64,000 nt of DNA from Vicugna vicugna (GCA_013265495.1 MU058781.1:11513009-11577008); one strand, 5' to 3'. Shown: positions 35,925 to 49,706, counted from the first letter of the stretch. Notes: generated by a model from the letters alone, not told the origin. Numbers and translations are program-made.

Positions 35925-37881
35925 TGCTACAGTGTCTTCGAAAAACATGGTTTGGGGGGGGGGGGTGGCTACTTTCACAGTTGAGGAAATCCATGGACAG
36001 AAATTTTCTTCCATCTCACCCAGGCAAACATTGATGAATATTGCTATACTTGCAAAGGCACTTAGAACCATCTGGCCCTAAACCCACTCTGTGATAAAAT
36101 CTTGCCTTGTGTGGTTATGTGAGGATACAAAACCACCTGATGTGATGTCAAGTGAGGTAGAAGCTATGGAAGTCCTGGACTTCCTTCTTCTCTAAGGTAG
36201 CCCTTCTTCTTGCTGAAATTATACTCCACATCTTTGAATTTGTGAGCAAATATGATATCACGTCTTGGCCCCTGACCGTGGGTAGGTATTTCTGAAACGA
36301 CCTGCAAATATTCTAGGTTAGTCCTCTGTGTACTATGCATGGCCCCTGTTATTGGCAACTGCTCTTTTGATTTTAGTGACGGGTAGAAATGCAGTCTCCC
36401 GAGGTAGGGATGCTTCTAAGCCAGAGATTCTTAACCTGGGCTCCATCAACTTGGATGGGGAAAAAAGAAAGTCACAGTGCTATCTCCACGAACGTCTTAT
36501 TGAAATCTAATTCATCCACATATCATGAATGGGGAAGACAAGTCTCAGCCGTACGGCTAGTACTAGTGACTTTGACCAGATAGAAGTCATGAATATGTTC
36601 ATGTCACATCAATTGTTGCAGAAATGATTTCTTGAGAAATCATTTCTATTTTCAACAGTTTGAAACTTCAGTAGTTACTGGAGCCACTGTTAAATATTGT
36701 AGTTCAATTTGTTAATGAAGCAGCAGTACAGTGCTATAGCACACATTTGATTTTAAAAATATTTTGATCAATGTAGTGACAATATTAAATTTTGTATTTC
36801 AATATAACTTGTTTCCTTTGAATTCCTATGGGTTTCATTTTATGCATTCAAAAAGCATCCTCCCAAAAGGGGAACTTAGGTAAAGAAGTTTTAGACCATA
36901 AAAAAAGGACAAACACAGTTCAGACAAGAGGCACTGCTGCAGTGATCACACGAATCGATCCTGTAACAAGTCATCTAAGAGGTCCCTCCCATCCCAGGGC
37001 TGAGACTGATGCTCAGCTCTGGGAATGGTCCAACAGATCTTCATCAGGCCGATGACTTCATTCATGAAATTGGATCTCTGAACAAAGACTCATGGGATAG
37101 TGAGAAGTGCTGCTTTAATAATTCAATCATTTCATCAAAGACATTGGTATCAGGTGACCCTCGGAGGAGCAAAGACCTCCCTGTGTCATATGTTTGGGCC
37201 CCAGGGACAGTCAGAAACCATGAAAGCACACTTCTGTTCATGGCTCTTTGTCTTGCCTTGTTTAAGATAGAAGGGACGTTTCTTACAATAAAATAATTGT
37301 AGGCAGGATGTCAGAGAACGCAGCATTGAGGGTAGCCGTCTTAACCACAAGGTCTGCTCGACTTCCAGGGATAAAGCTACACTGGATTGTACACTAGAGA
37401 ATCCAGAAGTGCATTTAAATGGCAAAAACCAGGGCATTTATGGCTTATTCATTTGCTGAAAACTTCAACAAGTGCTTGTAGTCCACTCATGCAGAGACCA
37501 TACACCCTGCCGAATGGAGCACATAAAGTATAAGACTTGGTCAGTGGATGACATCACAGCGTCTCAGATCTTGTGGTTTTCCACATCCATGAACAAGCGT
37601 ATTATTATAAGGCCTCAGGAGGTGAATGCCTGACAGCTGATGCTCACAGACTGAGAACGTCACATGCTCTGAAGTCCACAGGAGGCTCCAAACAAAAATA
37701 CAACCAACAAAATCACCCAAGAGTCATTTAAAATAAGAAAATGCAAGACAGACAAACAGTAAAACTTCTCTCTCTAAAGAGTAGAGGAGGCTGCAGGTTG
37801 CCACTCCCCTGGTTCTTGGCTGGTACCAATGATTCAGATCGGGCCAGGTGGAGTTCTGCAGCTGGGCAGGTCAGCACCTAC

Positions 37882-38031
37882 CTCTGTGTACTCTTTGTAG
37901 CTCCGGCTGATCTCCGACAGGCTCTCCCGGGCAGCTTTGCTGGCAGGGGAAGTTGCAAAGGCTTGCTTCATTTTGCTGGCACCATCTTGGAGGCGTCTTT
38001 GGATACAATAACCTTCATAGAGTTCATCGAC
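37882..38031 (-). CDS. RIPOR2: RIPOR2 coding exon 6
   Basis: [50 protein letters not shown]; 150 nt; ggcag| and GAG|gtaggt. Confidence 0.95.
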
Positions 38032-38765
38032 CTGCCAGAATCAAAACAGGAACGTAAATATTTATCCCACTTGAAGGAGAGACATAGGCCATTGTTAAGA
38101 GCTTAAAGACACTTTATGTTTCTGACCTCAAAAGGAGAGTCTTGGAGAAGTGTCATTCTTCTAGACAGATGAATCTTGTTTTCACCACTATGATCCATTG
38201 TCTATTTCAAAACAGATTTTACCCTGAGCCTTCTTTTCAAATTCTACAAAGTGAAAATGAACTTACTACTGGGGACTGTGTAAGACAAGGATTAGACAAT
38301 GAAGGCAGGATTCTTTTTTTATAAGGAACAAACACTGGAAGGGTGTACCCAGAATTTCATACCAATGTGACGACTTTGTAATAGACTGGGCCATTATTGC
38401 TTTATTTTAGGAGACAGTGTCACAAGGTGATAGTCACACAACCAGATTTAGATTTCTTTTAAAAGAGAATTTGAGGCTATTTATTGAAGATGATTTTTGG
38501 AAAGATGTGGCTCAAAAAAAGACAGAAAACACAGGTAAGTTATTCTTAAAATTAGAGTGAAGCACAACTGTCAAAACTTACCAAACTGGACACTTAAGAA
38601 CCGTGACTTTTTTGCATGTAAATTGTACACAATTTAAAAAATAAATGGGAGCAATGGAAATGAATATTCCTTTGCTACATCTCTATAGTTACGCTTCTAA
38701 ATAATAATATACCCTTTTGATCATACTCATTATATAAGCCTGATAGTCACTTAATGCTTCTAAGA

Positions 38766-38978
38766 CAGTGACTCTCAACCAGTCCAAGGCTATTTAGATA
38801 CCCAGGGTACACTTGGCAACATCTGGAAACATTTTTTTCAGTGTCACAGCTGGGAAGGGCTACAGGCATCTAGTTGGTAGAGGTCAGGGATGCTGTTAAA
38901 GATTCCATAATGCAGAGGACAGCCCCCCTACAACAAAGAATTATCCCCAAATATCAACAGTGCTTAGGGTGAGAACCT
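38766..38978. mobile_element. MER20-like hAT fossil
   Basis: cagtga.tctcaacc...tggcaacatctgga.acattttt...ggcatctag..ggtagagg.cagggatgctg.taaa...cc.ataatgca.aggacagcccc. Confidence 0.75.
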
Positions 38979-41550
38979 ACAGTTATTCCAGATGATACTT
39001 ACCTCCACAGTCTTGTACTGTCTTCAGTTATCAACACACCAATCACAGATGACAATTGGAATTTTCAGACAGATTAAAAAGAATGGTACCACCAGACATT
39101 AGCAGAAGCCAATGAAACCTATTATTTCTGGTTATCTACCTAGAACTACTTGAGTTTTTCATTTCAGCATAAACTGTGTTCCCTCAACAAGGAGGCTGAG
39201 CTATAAGATCTAGAAGAAGGTGGAGATGAATAGAATGGATTCCAGAGTTTCAGACTCCCCTGTTTTCTGAAAGCAAACTTCTGGCTGATCACTAGAAAGC
39301 ATCACTGCTGCCTGTTAGTAGGATGATCTTCCACAGTTGCTTTCTGGATACAGATGTCAATCATACTTAGCTTAGAATACGAACATTCAGAGCCTGAAAG
39401 TGATTGTCTTGGTTTAAGGATTCTTTGTTGCTCTTCGACAATTCACTGCACTTTACTGAGAGGAACTGCCCAAATCCTGGAAGGAACAGTCTTTCATCTT
39501 AGGAGTTGGTGGATTTCTCTCTGATTAAGATGGAGGTATAGGACTGAAGGGGTGACCATATCTGCTTATAAGATCCTTTGGTTGGGTGATTGGCATAAAG
39601 GGTGGGTCCCATACTTTAAAACTAACCTCAGAGTCACTTGGTGAGCTTGTTAAAATGCTGATACCTAGGCCCCACACAAAGATGCTGATTCAGTAGGTTA
39701 GGGCTGGGCAAGGAATTTGAAATTTTTATTCTATTTATTTATTTATTTTAAAAATTAAATTTTTTTTATTTTTCATTTTTATTGAATGGAAAATTCTTTC
39801 AATTCTCTAGTGCCTTACCATTTTCAAATGTTTCAAGGAATCTGAAACTTTAAATAAACAGGGCAGACTGTTCTCATGTGGGAGGTTCCCCTCAAGACTT
39901 AGAAACACAAGGGCCTCTTCCAATGCAGGCCAGGCCACATTCACCCACATGGCCTCCTGGGAGGCTGCCCCTTCAGTCCTCTGCCCCCCTACTGGGTCCA
40001 CAGTCTCTGAGATTGTAATCCTCTTAATAAGGACACTGCTCACTGGACTAGTAATACGGCCCTAATGACTTAGTGTACTACTTTGCCTTTAAAGAAAAGT
40101 TTATTCTTGTTTCCATTTAAATATCAACCTATCTAGCCAAAGGGAGTTACCCTTCAGGAGGAAGGATAACTATGTACTCACCTAAGCAGAGACCCACCCA
40201 TCTGTAGGCAAGTATTTGTTCTATCTAGATGTCAGCAGTGGCTCTCATCAAATAAATGGATTGACTGACTTATTCAATTAAGTACACTTTGTTAGGATTT
40301 GTTAGGGATCTGTGCATAAGATGCTGCAGGTAGAGTACCACCGACCTCTTATAGCCACTAGGATTGTTATATCTCACAGTGATGGACACAAGGTGGATAA
40401 ACACACTCTTACCTGATACTAATTTTGTTTTCTTGCTATTTTTCAAACTAAACAGTAATTTCAAAGCTCACCTGTCACCTAAGTATCTTCTAACGGATGT
40501 CATTGTTTTGTTTATTGAGTTCAGAAAAAGCAGCAATTTCAAATTCGCCGAGGTAATAAATATCTTTCAAAGTGGGAATGTACAAAGGCAGTATTATATA
40601 CACATGTTTACAGACACAGACATCATCACAGAATTTTAAACTGGAAAGGATTCTTAGGATCATCTAGATTGAGTACATGCACCTCCTGGCCTCATTGCAG
40701 AGTAGAAAGCCAAGGTCCACATAGATGTTCAAGCCTACTGGCAGAGATGAAACTAGACTCTGAGGCTTCTGACTCCTAGTAGAGAGAACCACTAAAACCT
40801 CCAGTTTCTCCACTTGGAAGATGGGCTGATGGGTGCAGATGAGACCAAGAGTTGCTAATGGTGTAATTTAGCTGCCCTCAAAGGGAAATTGTTTCCAGGT
40901 TGTACGGATATCACCTGATGGTGTCGAGAACAAGGGGGGAGAGCCCCACTCCACACTAGGCTGGTGGGACCATCAGTCAGCTATTTGCAGGGTTCAGGGC
41001 TGGATGTCAGGGACCCCGACAACCTGGTATACATAGAGGGGGACGATGAGGATGAAAAGGAACCTGGAAACCAAGCTGTGTGAAGAAGAGCGGAAGGAAC
41101 TGGAGAAAGATTCAGGGAGGTACACAGCAGCTGACTTTAGGTACTTTAAAGGCTTTCATGAAGAAGGTTTTGGGGGTACCAAGTTGAATGTGGGACCCGA
41201 GTGTTAGGCAAGCAAGAGGATTTCTGTAGGGTCCATTTGGTTCCATCTTTAACCAGACAACACTGAGACTGTATCTTTTATCAGGCACTGTGCATGCTGC
41301 ATAGGAAGTACTTAATAAGTGTTTGTTGAACTGAAGTAGAGTAAAAAATAATGTGCTAGATAATTCGGTTCTCCATTCTGATTTTTCCTCCATCTTTACT
41401 GCCTGTTGGTGGAATTCATTGCTCATCAGCTCAGGAATCAACTGGGTAAGAAATTCTCCATGGACTAGATGCTATGCTCAGGCTGAAGGCCTAGGGATCA
41501 CTGACTGAGAACTAAAAACCAAAGGCAGGGACAAGAGGAATGTCAATTAC

Positions 41551-41604
41551 CTTACTAATGTGAAACTCCAGGCGTCTCATGTATCTTTCAATCGTCTTAA
41601 TTTG
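41551..41604 (-). CDS. RIPOR2: RIPOR2 coding exon 5
   Basis: QIKTIERYMRRLEFHISK; ttccag| and AAG|gtaatt; 54 nt. Confidence 0.95.
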
Positions 41605-42667
41605 CTGGAATTGAAAGAAGAAATTTGAAAAAGTACAGCCATTTAGTTTAACTGATTAGACCTGGGTGGATATCTTTATCTTACACTCAAAAGGACCAGA
41701 AAATGCTATTTCCCTTTTCCTCCCATCTTTGTTGCTACTTTAAAGAGTCTCTAGCATCAATGTATTTGTATGCAAGTATTTGTAAAAATACTGAATCAAT
41801 ACTCTAAGCGACAGACTTGACTTAGCTGTTGAAATCCTGGTGCTTCACATCAAGGGAGGGCAACAGAATGGAATTCACTGGATTTCTGACAGGACAGTAT
41901 CATATTGGTATATACTTAAACTCCGTCGTGATAACATTTTATCAGCTCGAAGATGGACTTTCTTCCCTCCCGCATTTTAATATCTCTGAAATTGGGGTGC
42001 ATTTTACAACTGCTACTGCCTGTGTTACTCCAAGATAATCATAGTTGGTAATGTGTCATCTCTCCCATTTGAGTTATAAATGTTATAACGTACATTAAAT
42101 TTAATTCACCTTTAAAATATCTGCAAACAGATTATACTATGATTCAGCATTAAAGGTATCTACACACAGAAAGGCATGGAAAGAGACAGCACCATATATA
42201 ACTGAAAAAAAAAAAACCAACCCTACATTTAAAATAGGTCTAAGAGAGTTTTGTCACTAAGTATGAAATACAAATTTTAAGTGAAAAGAAAGAACTGTGT
42301 CACAGTTTAGCTGGAATCACTCTTTTTCTTAGAGGCACCTAAAATAACAATGTGTTTTCCAATCAAAGTTGTCTTTGATTAGATGAAAGATGATAGTTCA
42401 TTTTTAGAAAGGACCTTCAAACACCTGGGAAATTCTTAAACTTATCAGCCCACTGAGGGACCCTGCAACCAGGTGGCGTTTTTATGAAAGTGACAAACAC
42501 ACTGGGTCTATACATTTTCATCATCCTCATTAGATAAAGAATTTTTTTAGGAAGAGAAAAATCATCATTTCTCTAGGATCTTACTGCACCTCAGAGATCA
42601 CTGACTTCTACTCAAGGATGAAGGGTTTTATTTCTCAGTGACTCCCCAACACAGAACAACAACTTAC

Positions 42668-42691
42668 CTTGTCCAGGTCATACAGCACACC
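42668..42691 (-). CDS. RIPOR2: RIPOR2 coding exon 4 (24-nt microexon)
   Basis: GVLYDLDK; ttgtag| and AAG|gtaagt. Confidence 0.93.
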
Positions 42692-43502
42692 CTACAATAA
42701 AAAAAGGAGTATCCAGATTAAAACATATCTTCCTCAAAACCCTTACTATTATTAACAGAAGGATTTTGTCTGCATTTCTGCATCCTCAGTGAAATAATCA
42801 GCCTCATAAAGTTCTGTTGGACATTTTGATGTTGCTTAAAAAGAGTAAAAACCCAGATTATTTGAAATACCAGTAAGGATACTTTTAAGAGCTAATATTT
42901 ATTTATACTCTTTGTCTCCAGAATTCCATCCAGTCCCCTCTGCCCCTGGGAGTCTTAAGATTTTCACTTGTTTGAGCTATCCTCTCTTACATATCAAGGG
43001 GCACATAAATATAGGTTCACTTTAAATTTAAAACAAAAATGTTGTTAACAAAAAGTAGCAGTGATTATATGTATTTAAAAAAAAAAAAGGGCCTGTCTTC
43101 CTGACTAAACATATAACACTTGGCATTTAGGAAGAGTCCTTGAGGTTGGTGATACGCTTTTCACAAACTGTTTTCACAGCAAGTTTATTTCCTGTGTGCT
43201 CACAATATCCCAGCAGAATCAGCACACTAAGCCACATCCCCCAGTAGGAGGGCTTCCATGGAACACAAGGTCCCAGCGGAAGTTCCTCCATCCAAACACC
43301 ATTGTTCTCCAAGGAGGAACATTTGTTGCCATTGAGGACAGTCAAGGCCATTCAAAAGCTCTGAAGGCCATTCCACTGAGAGTTCCACGTAAATGGAAGC
43401 AATTTATCTTCTAATATCATTAGAAGGTAAAACCTTTAACCTCTATGAAGTCTTTAACCTCTGAGTCTTTGAAAAGGACAACAATATACACTTAAGCACA
43501 TC

Positions 43503-43663
43503 TTTTTAAAAAAATTATTTTATTTTGTTTTGTTTTGGGGGGAGGTAATTAGGTTTATTTATTAATTATTATTTTTATTTAACTGGAGGTACTGGGGATC
43601 GAACCCATGACCTCCTGCATGCTAAGTAAGCATGCACTCTACCACTGAGCTATACCCTCCCTC
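43503..43663 (-). mobile_element. tRNA-derived camelid-type SINE
   Basis: Full length; TSD cttaagcacatcttttt. Confidence 0.92.
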
Positions 43664-44351
43664 CTTAAGCACATCTTTTTAAACAAGAAAAAGATAACAA
43701 CTACTCATGTTTATCTGTACTTCACATATGCAGGCTTTTCCCGGGCTTTCTGATGCCTCGAAACATTAAGGTGTAATATCATTTGGAACTTAACAAAATC
43801 ACTTAAAATCATTAGAAACACCTCTTTAAGCAGACAAGTCCTCACAGATTCATTAGAATAGAGGACATCTGCAAGCATCTCCAACAATACAATGTGTAGT
43901 TGAACCGGCTCAAGGACTCCTCTGATTTCTCCTCCTTTCCTGAGCCTCCTTTCCCTCGCTGATAGCACTGACCTTACTACATTGTTTAAAAACTGGAGAT
44001 AAAGCAAAAGTTCTGGTTTCCAAATTCTGTACTAACACTATGGTAGGAAAACTCCAACTATCACTTTCTTATATTACCTGGGGCGGGGGGTGGGGGAGGG
44101 ATACAGAGCATTTCTTAAAAAGTATTTTTCCCTAATTACAAACTTCATCTGCATCAACATGTTTGGAAAATATTGAAACATGTTAAGAATAAAGCATTAA
44201 AATACACATCAGGAAGCAGAGGGTATTTTTCCCCTCGGATCTACTTTTCTTGAAGCATCTTCCTCGTCCCCATGTCCACTGGGTAAGAGGAGTTACTTAG
44301 CCAAAATAAAAGACCACCTTGTTAACATCCTACCGATTGGAGGGTACCTAC

Positions 44352-44430
44352 CAGGCGAGAGTTTCTTCTCATATCTTTTAACTGAGCTGTCAACTTGTCC
44401 AGCTCAGTCTGGTGAACCTCCAGATACTCG
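44352..44430 (-). CDS. RIPOR2: RIPOR2 coding exon 3
   Basis: [26 protein letters not shown]; ttgcag| and CTG|gtaggt; 79 nt. Confidence 0.95.
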
Positions 44431-45156
44431 CTGCAAAGATAAGAGAGTCGTTAATCGTGAACTCTGTGACTGTCAATTGGAATCTGGTGCTATTACTGAC
44501 CTCTCCCTTCTGAAGGGAAATTAAGAATCTAAACCTTGCTCTGTGGAGGGCAGGGTTGGCAGGGAAGAGGCTCTTTATTTTCTCAATCGCTCCACATTTT
44601 GAAAGCCCTAGCAGTTGTATCTGATACTATCCAGATGGTCTAAAAGGAGGTCCCCTATGAGGCTGAGTCCAGGAAAGAAAAACCAGTCGGGAGGGGAGGG
44701 GCAAGACAACTCTGGAGTCAGCCCTGAGCCTGGGCTCACAGAATTCTATCTAGTTCCATCAACATTGATTGTACATATCTCACCACACACTGGGGAAGTT
44801 TTATTCTGGACCAAGCATCCCTAGAATATACTTGGGAAGGTTTCAGAACCCTTCTTCAGCAATTTCTAAAACAGATATGCTTGTCTACCATTGTTTTGGT
44901 GGAATCCAATACTACAGAGTTAAACAGAAACACATTACTATTTCAGGTCCCCTTCAGTGTTTGGATAGGATATGGAAATCCACCAGAGTTCACATCTTTG
45001 GGACTTATTTCAGGCTTCCTCAATTATGCTGCAATAATACAATATCTACTACAGAAATAGACATTCTAAAATTATCTTGTAAGACTAGCTTTTCTGACTC
45101 TCCTGGGCATTTTAGAAAGTCAAAAGATTTCAGTGCATTAGGGTCCATGCTCTTAC

Positions 45157-45312
45157 TCAAGTCCGTTTTTCAAGGCCCGGTAGACCTCTTCCACCCTTTT
45201 GGGCTGAGGCTCTTTGGGAGGACTGTTGTTTTTGTGTCCTAGATTGTGCATTTTCTTCAGTTTGGCCTGAGGCTTCTTGAGAGCAGAGGGATTTTCAATG
45301 AAGGAGTTACAT
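45157..45312 (-). CDS. RIPOR2: RIPOR2 coding exon 2
   Basis: [51 protein letters not shown](D); ccatag| and GA|gtaaga; 156 nt, phase 2-2. Confidence 0.96.
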
Positions 45313-45772
45313 CTATGGAAAGAGAAAAGAAAAGCCAAAATTGTGAGTTTCAGGCATCCAGCCAAAGAAATGCCTTTCAGTCATCTTGTGTTTGTATTAG
45401 TGTCTTTTGGGGAAGGTAATGTCCCCATGTATATTAATAGATTTGAGCCATCCCATATTTAGTTTCTTGATATTAGATTTAGCTGCTGAAATCTGGAAGC
45501 TTTGCAGGGCAGAGGCTACTGCGTCAAAGCCTGGACTCAGGTAGCGTACACTCTGAGTGAAAACATGTCACAGCACCGAAACCTCATGGGAGGCCAAGGA
45601 CAAACATTTCTAAGGTGGAGATAATGAAGAGGCAGAAGGATATAATCCAACCAAAAAAATATGACATCAGGCATACATGTCTATTAAATTCAACTGGGAT
45701 GTGAGTGAATACTTTTTAAATAAAGGGCCATGAGCATGATGAACTGCAAATTCTGTATACAATATCGAAGCA

Positions 45773-46078
45773 CAGCTCATTTTACTGTGCTGCACTTTAT
45801 TGTTCTTTGAAGATACTGCGTTTCTTCACAGATTGAAGGTTTGTGGCAACCCTGCATTGTCAGATGATGGTTAGCATTTTTTAGCAATAAAGTATTTAAT
45901 TAAGGCACATACTTTTTTTAGACACAATGCTATTGCACACCTAACAGACCACAGTATAATGGAAACATAACTTATATGCACTGGGAAACCAAAAAATTCG
46001 TGTGACTTGCTTTATTATGATACTCGCCTTATTGCCATGGTCTGGAACCACACCTGCTATATCTCTGAGATATGTCTG
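45773..46078 (+). mobile_element. Internally deleted Tigger1-like DNA transposon
   Basis: ctcattttactgtgc...gattgaaggtttgtggcaaccctgc ... ggtctggaacc.cacc.gc.atatctctgagatatgtctgta. Confidence 0.75.
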
Positions 46079-46274
46079 TAGTGTTAAAGTAAAGAACGGC
46101 ACATGTAGTTGGAAGGATAGATGTTTTTTAAACTTTATTTTTATGGAGTAAATTTTGCCTAGGTATAACATAAAACTCAACATCTCTGTTAGTGGCAGTA
46201 GCCTGCAGTGCTAAGATGAATACCTGATAATTTAAACCCAAACTACTGATCTGATTAGGAAGCTAAGAGGCCAG

Positions 46275-47480
46275 ACCAGAAGAAACCCTAAAACTCCTAA
46301 AAGAAAACATAAGCAGTAAATTCCTTGACATAGGTCTAGGCGATGATTTTTTGAATCTGATACCAAAAGCAAAAGCAACAAAAGCAAAAGTATACAAATG
46401 AGATTACATGAAACTAAAAAGCTTCTGCAAAGCAAAGGAAACCATCAACAAAATAAAAAGGCAACCTACTGAATGGGAGAAAATATTTGCAAATCATATC
46501 TGACAAGGGGTTAACATGGAAAATATATAAAGAACTCATAGAACTCAAAAGCAAAACACAAGCCAATTAAAAAATGGGCAAAAGATCTGAACAGACACTT
46601 TTTCAAAGAAGACATACAAATGACCAACAGGTACACAAAAAGATGCGCAACTTCATTAATCATCAGGGAAGTGCAAATCAAAATCACAGTGAAGGGCGGA
46701 GGATACAGCTCAAGTGCTAGAGCACATGCTTAGCATGCATGAGGTCCTGGGTTCCATGCCCAGTACCTCCATCAAAAATAAAAAAATAAATAGGCCTAAT
46801 CCTCCCCCCAAAATAACTAAAATAAAGTAGATTAAAAAAACACCACAGTGAGATACCACTTTACCCCAGTTAGAATGGCTATTATCAAAAAGAGAAGAAA
46901 TAACAAGTGTTGGCAAGGATGTGGAGAAAAGGGAACCTTTGTGCACTGTCGCTAGGAATGTAAATGGTGCAGCCACTATGGAAAACAGTATGGCAGTTCT
47001 TCAAAAAATTAAAAATAGGCTACCATACGATCCAGCAATTCTAATTCTGGATATTTATCCAAAGAAAATGAAAACACTAAGTCAAAAAAATTTATGCACC
47101 CCCATGTTCATCGTAGCAGTATTTACAATAGCCAAGATATGGAAACAACCTAAGTATCCTCTGATGGATAAATGGATAAATAAGTCGTGGTACACACACA
47201 CACACACACACAATGGCTATTCAGCCATAAAAAAGAATGAAATCTTGCCATTGTGACAACATGGATGGACCTTGAGGGCATCATGCTTAAGTGAAGTAAG
47301 TCAGACAAGGACAAGTACTGTATGATGTCTCTTATATGTAGAATCTAAAAGAAAAACAAACAAAAAAAACAAACTCATAGATACAGAGAACTGACTGGAG
47401 GCTGCCAGAGGATAGGACTTGGAGGAGTGGAGGGTAGCAGGAAAAATCAGTGAAGGGGGTCAAAAAGCTAAAAAAAAAGG
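46275..47480 (+). mobile_element. 5'-truncated L1 (ORF2 C-terminal remnant + 3'UTR), interrupted by a SINE
   Basis: ORF 46921..47256 [10 protein letters not shown]...LPYDPAI..LDIYPK..CTPMFI is an L1 ORF2 C-terminus remnant; canonical 3'UTR. Confidence 0.9.
46693..46842 (+). mobile_element. tRNA-derived camelid-type SINE nested in L1
   Basis: gggcggaggatacagctcaagtgctagagcacatgcttagcatgcatgaggtcctgggttcc; TSD cacagtga. Confidence 0.88.
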
Positions 47481-48080
47481 GTAGCAATTCAAACGAGAGG
47501 GTAAAAGACTATAATATATGGTGATGCAATGGTTGAATAAAAAGACTTTACTGTTCTGTAAGAATATATATAAATATTCAACCCCACCCCACCAAATAGG
47601 CAATGGATGTAAATGAACCGTTTATTACAAAAATAAATACAAAAGGCAAGTAAACTTATGAAAGCACATTTAACCTCATCAGGGACAACATAAAAGACTA
47701 GAAAAGATTTTTACAAAATGCTTGGTATCAATAGATGTGTAGAAAAAGGCAACTCTGTTGTTGCTGGTTAGAGGTTAAAGGGCTTTAAACATTTGGAGGT
47801 ACTTTGGCAATAGGTATCAAAAGATCCAAAAAAATGGGGTGGGGTGGAGTAGGGGTAGGGAGAACTATACACATATATTGCTAGTTAATCCTACAACTTC
47901 TTTGCAAGAGGAATTCTAAATGATAGTAATTTGGGGAACATTACATCTTTTTCATGAAAGAGAAGAAAATAACACAGGTGTGTGTTTTCATAAGGCCACA
48001 TGCATGTAGACCTTCTTCAGAGCATCATAGCACGCATCCCTCTCAAGCTGCATCCTGGGTGAGAACCACACACGACTTAC

Positions 48081-48181
48081 CTGGATCGCCTCTCCTGAAG
48101 GCCGCTGAACCCAGCAAAGGACTGGCTCCTGATGATCCCATTGGGCCCTCCAGGCGAGAAGGACTGGGATCCTACCAACAT
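48081..48181 (-). CDS. RIPOR2: RIPOR2 coding exon 1 (ATG at 48181; exon acceptor at 48207)
   Basis: [33 protein letters not shown](R); acceptor ttacag|GACTACC, donor AG|gtaagt; upstream in-frame GLPSRPPEI could be coding in N-terminally extended isoforms. Confidence 0.95.
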
Positions 48182-48461
48182 GATTTCTGGGGGTCTGGAT
48201 GGTAGTCCTGTAAGACAATGGAAAGATGATGGCAAATGAGAGGCAGGTTCCAAGAGAAAACACGCCAAGCTTGTCAACGATAACAGGAGGTGACCTGAGG
48301 TGAGGTGAGTCCTGAGGCTATTAGGTGCTTGGAAGGCTTCCTTCTAGGACATGTTCTACTTAAGTCAAAAGGTTCAGTTCTCAGGTGAAGAAACATACTG
48401 AGACATAAATAAATACAAATTACACACCATGACCAGTCACTTCAGGGTTTCTTCAGGGATT

Positions 48462-48535
48462 ATTTTTTTTTAAATTGAAGTACAGTCAGTTTACAATGTT
48501 GTGTCAATTTCTGGTGTACAGCATAATGTTTCAAG
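48462..48535 (-). mobile_element. Ultra-short L1 3' tail insertion
   Basis: ttttaaattgaagtacagtcagtttacaatgttgtgtcaatttctggtgtacagc; TSD-like gattattttt. Confidence 0.7.
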
Positions 48536-49139
48536 AGAGATTATTTTTTAAACAACATTCAATCGTGCCCTCAAAAAACACAAAAACTTTGGAATATTTT
48601 CTTCCATTTAGAACAATAACAGCAAAGGCGCACAAATAGGCCAAGTCAAGTTTCAGATGGGTTCTGTATCACATTCAAAACACAGGCGAGTCTTGGGGTA
48701 GAATTCTACACTTAGAAGTCACAAGGCCAAAAACACTAGGTTTCTTTAGAGATGAACTTACTTAAACCTATTCTCCCTTTTTCTACTCTTGAGTACCTTT
48801 TGACAGATTAGATCGTGCCGTGATGGTGGCAGTGAGAAAAAAGCAAAGCACAAAGAGCTCTAACAAATGTAGTGATAATCTGGGTTATGATAAGAACACA
48901 AGAGAAGAGGCGGGAAAAGCAAGGAGGAAATACAGCAGAAAGCACACTCTTCCCCACTTTGGTCGCTTGCTCGCCTTTTGGAAAGACTCATCACCATTGA
49001 CCAAGACGAGCTGTCAAAACACAACTTCAGCTGGACGGAAGCCCAAGGTTAGTTCCCCCAAAGGACTGCCCTAGAACAGTTAGGTAATTCTTCTCCCTTC
49101 AGAGCGGGAAGAGTTGAAGCACAAACCATTGTCTTAGCT

Positions 49140-49620
49140 GGTAACCTCAGTCCAGAGACAGGGACCGGCTAGCAGGAGAAAATGGGACACAGCTACTGTC
49201 CAGACTAAAGACTTCCAAACTGAGCACACACCAAATTGGTGTTTGCATAGCATCAACAATTGCCCTCGAAAGACCCAGCAAGCAACAAAGCTTTAAAAAA
49301 AACAGCAGCGAAACACTTGTTGAGTCCATCTAGTTGTAATGGAAAGGCCAACTTCACTGGGTCCTACTCAAAGCTATCTGAAGCAGCTCAGCCAGGGGAG
49401 GAAGTTTGAGTGGGTTGCTTCCCCAAAGAGAGAACACAGCCCCCTTCCTCATGAGGCTGCAAGTTTTTAAATCCCCTCCTGTCCACCCACCCCAGGAGAA
49501 AGCAGGTCCTGGTTTGTCTGCATTCTTGCACGGTAGAGGCACTGACTCCTTTGGCAAGAGGTTTTGCAATAGGCAATAGGTTGCTCTTTGATTTGGGTGG
49601 GACACGATCCCCACCCACTC
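49140..49620 (-). promoter_or_regulatory. Candidate proximal alternative promoter / first exon of RIPOR2
   Basis: Repeat-free region ~1-1.4 kb upstream of the exon acceptor; ETS/PU.1-like GGGGAGGAAGT (~49395-49405), second GAGGAAG (~49444-49450, - strand), C/EBP-like ATTGCAAAAC (49561-49570, - strand). Confidence 0.35.
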
Positions 49621-49706
49621 CAGCTAGGGATGGGGGCAGGGAGGCTTAAGTTTTGGAGCCTTCTCTAGAATTTTAAAAGTAACAAAGTAGAAGTATTGCA
49701 GTAAAA

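Larger units (their letters stand above)
3800..48207 (-). other. RIPOR2: RIPOR2/FAM65B gene span (first coding exon to poly(A) site); RHO family interacting cell polarization regulator 2, 1064 aa predicted long isoform
   Basis: 22 exons join in frame with GT-AG boundaries (3195 nt including stop). Translation [33 protein letters not shown]...[11 protein letters not shown] matches the recalled human RIPOR2 protein along its whole length. Confidence 0.97.
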
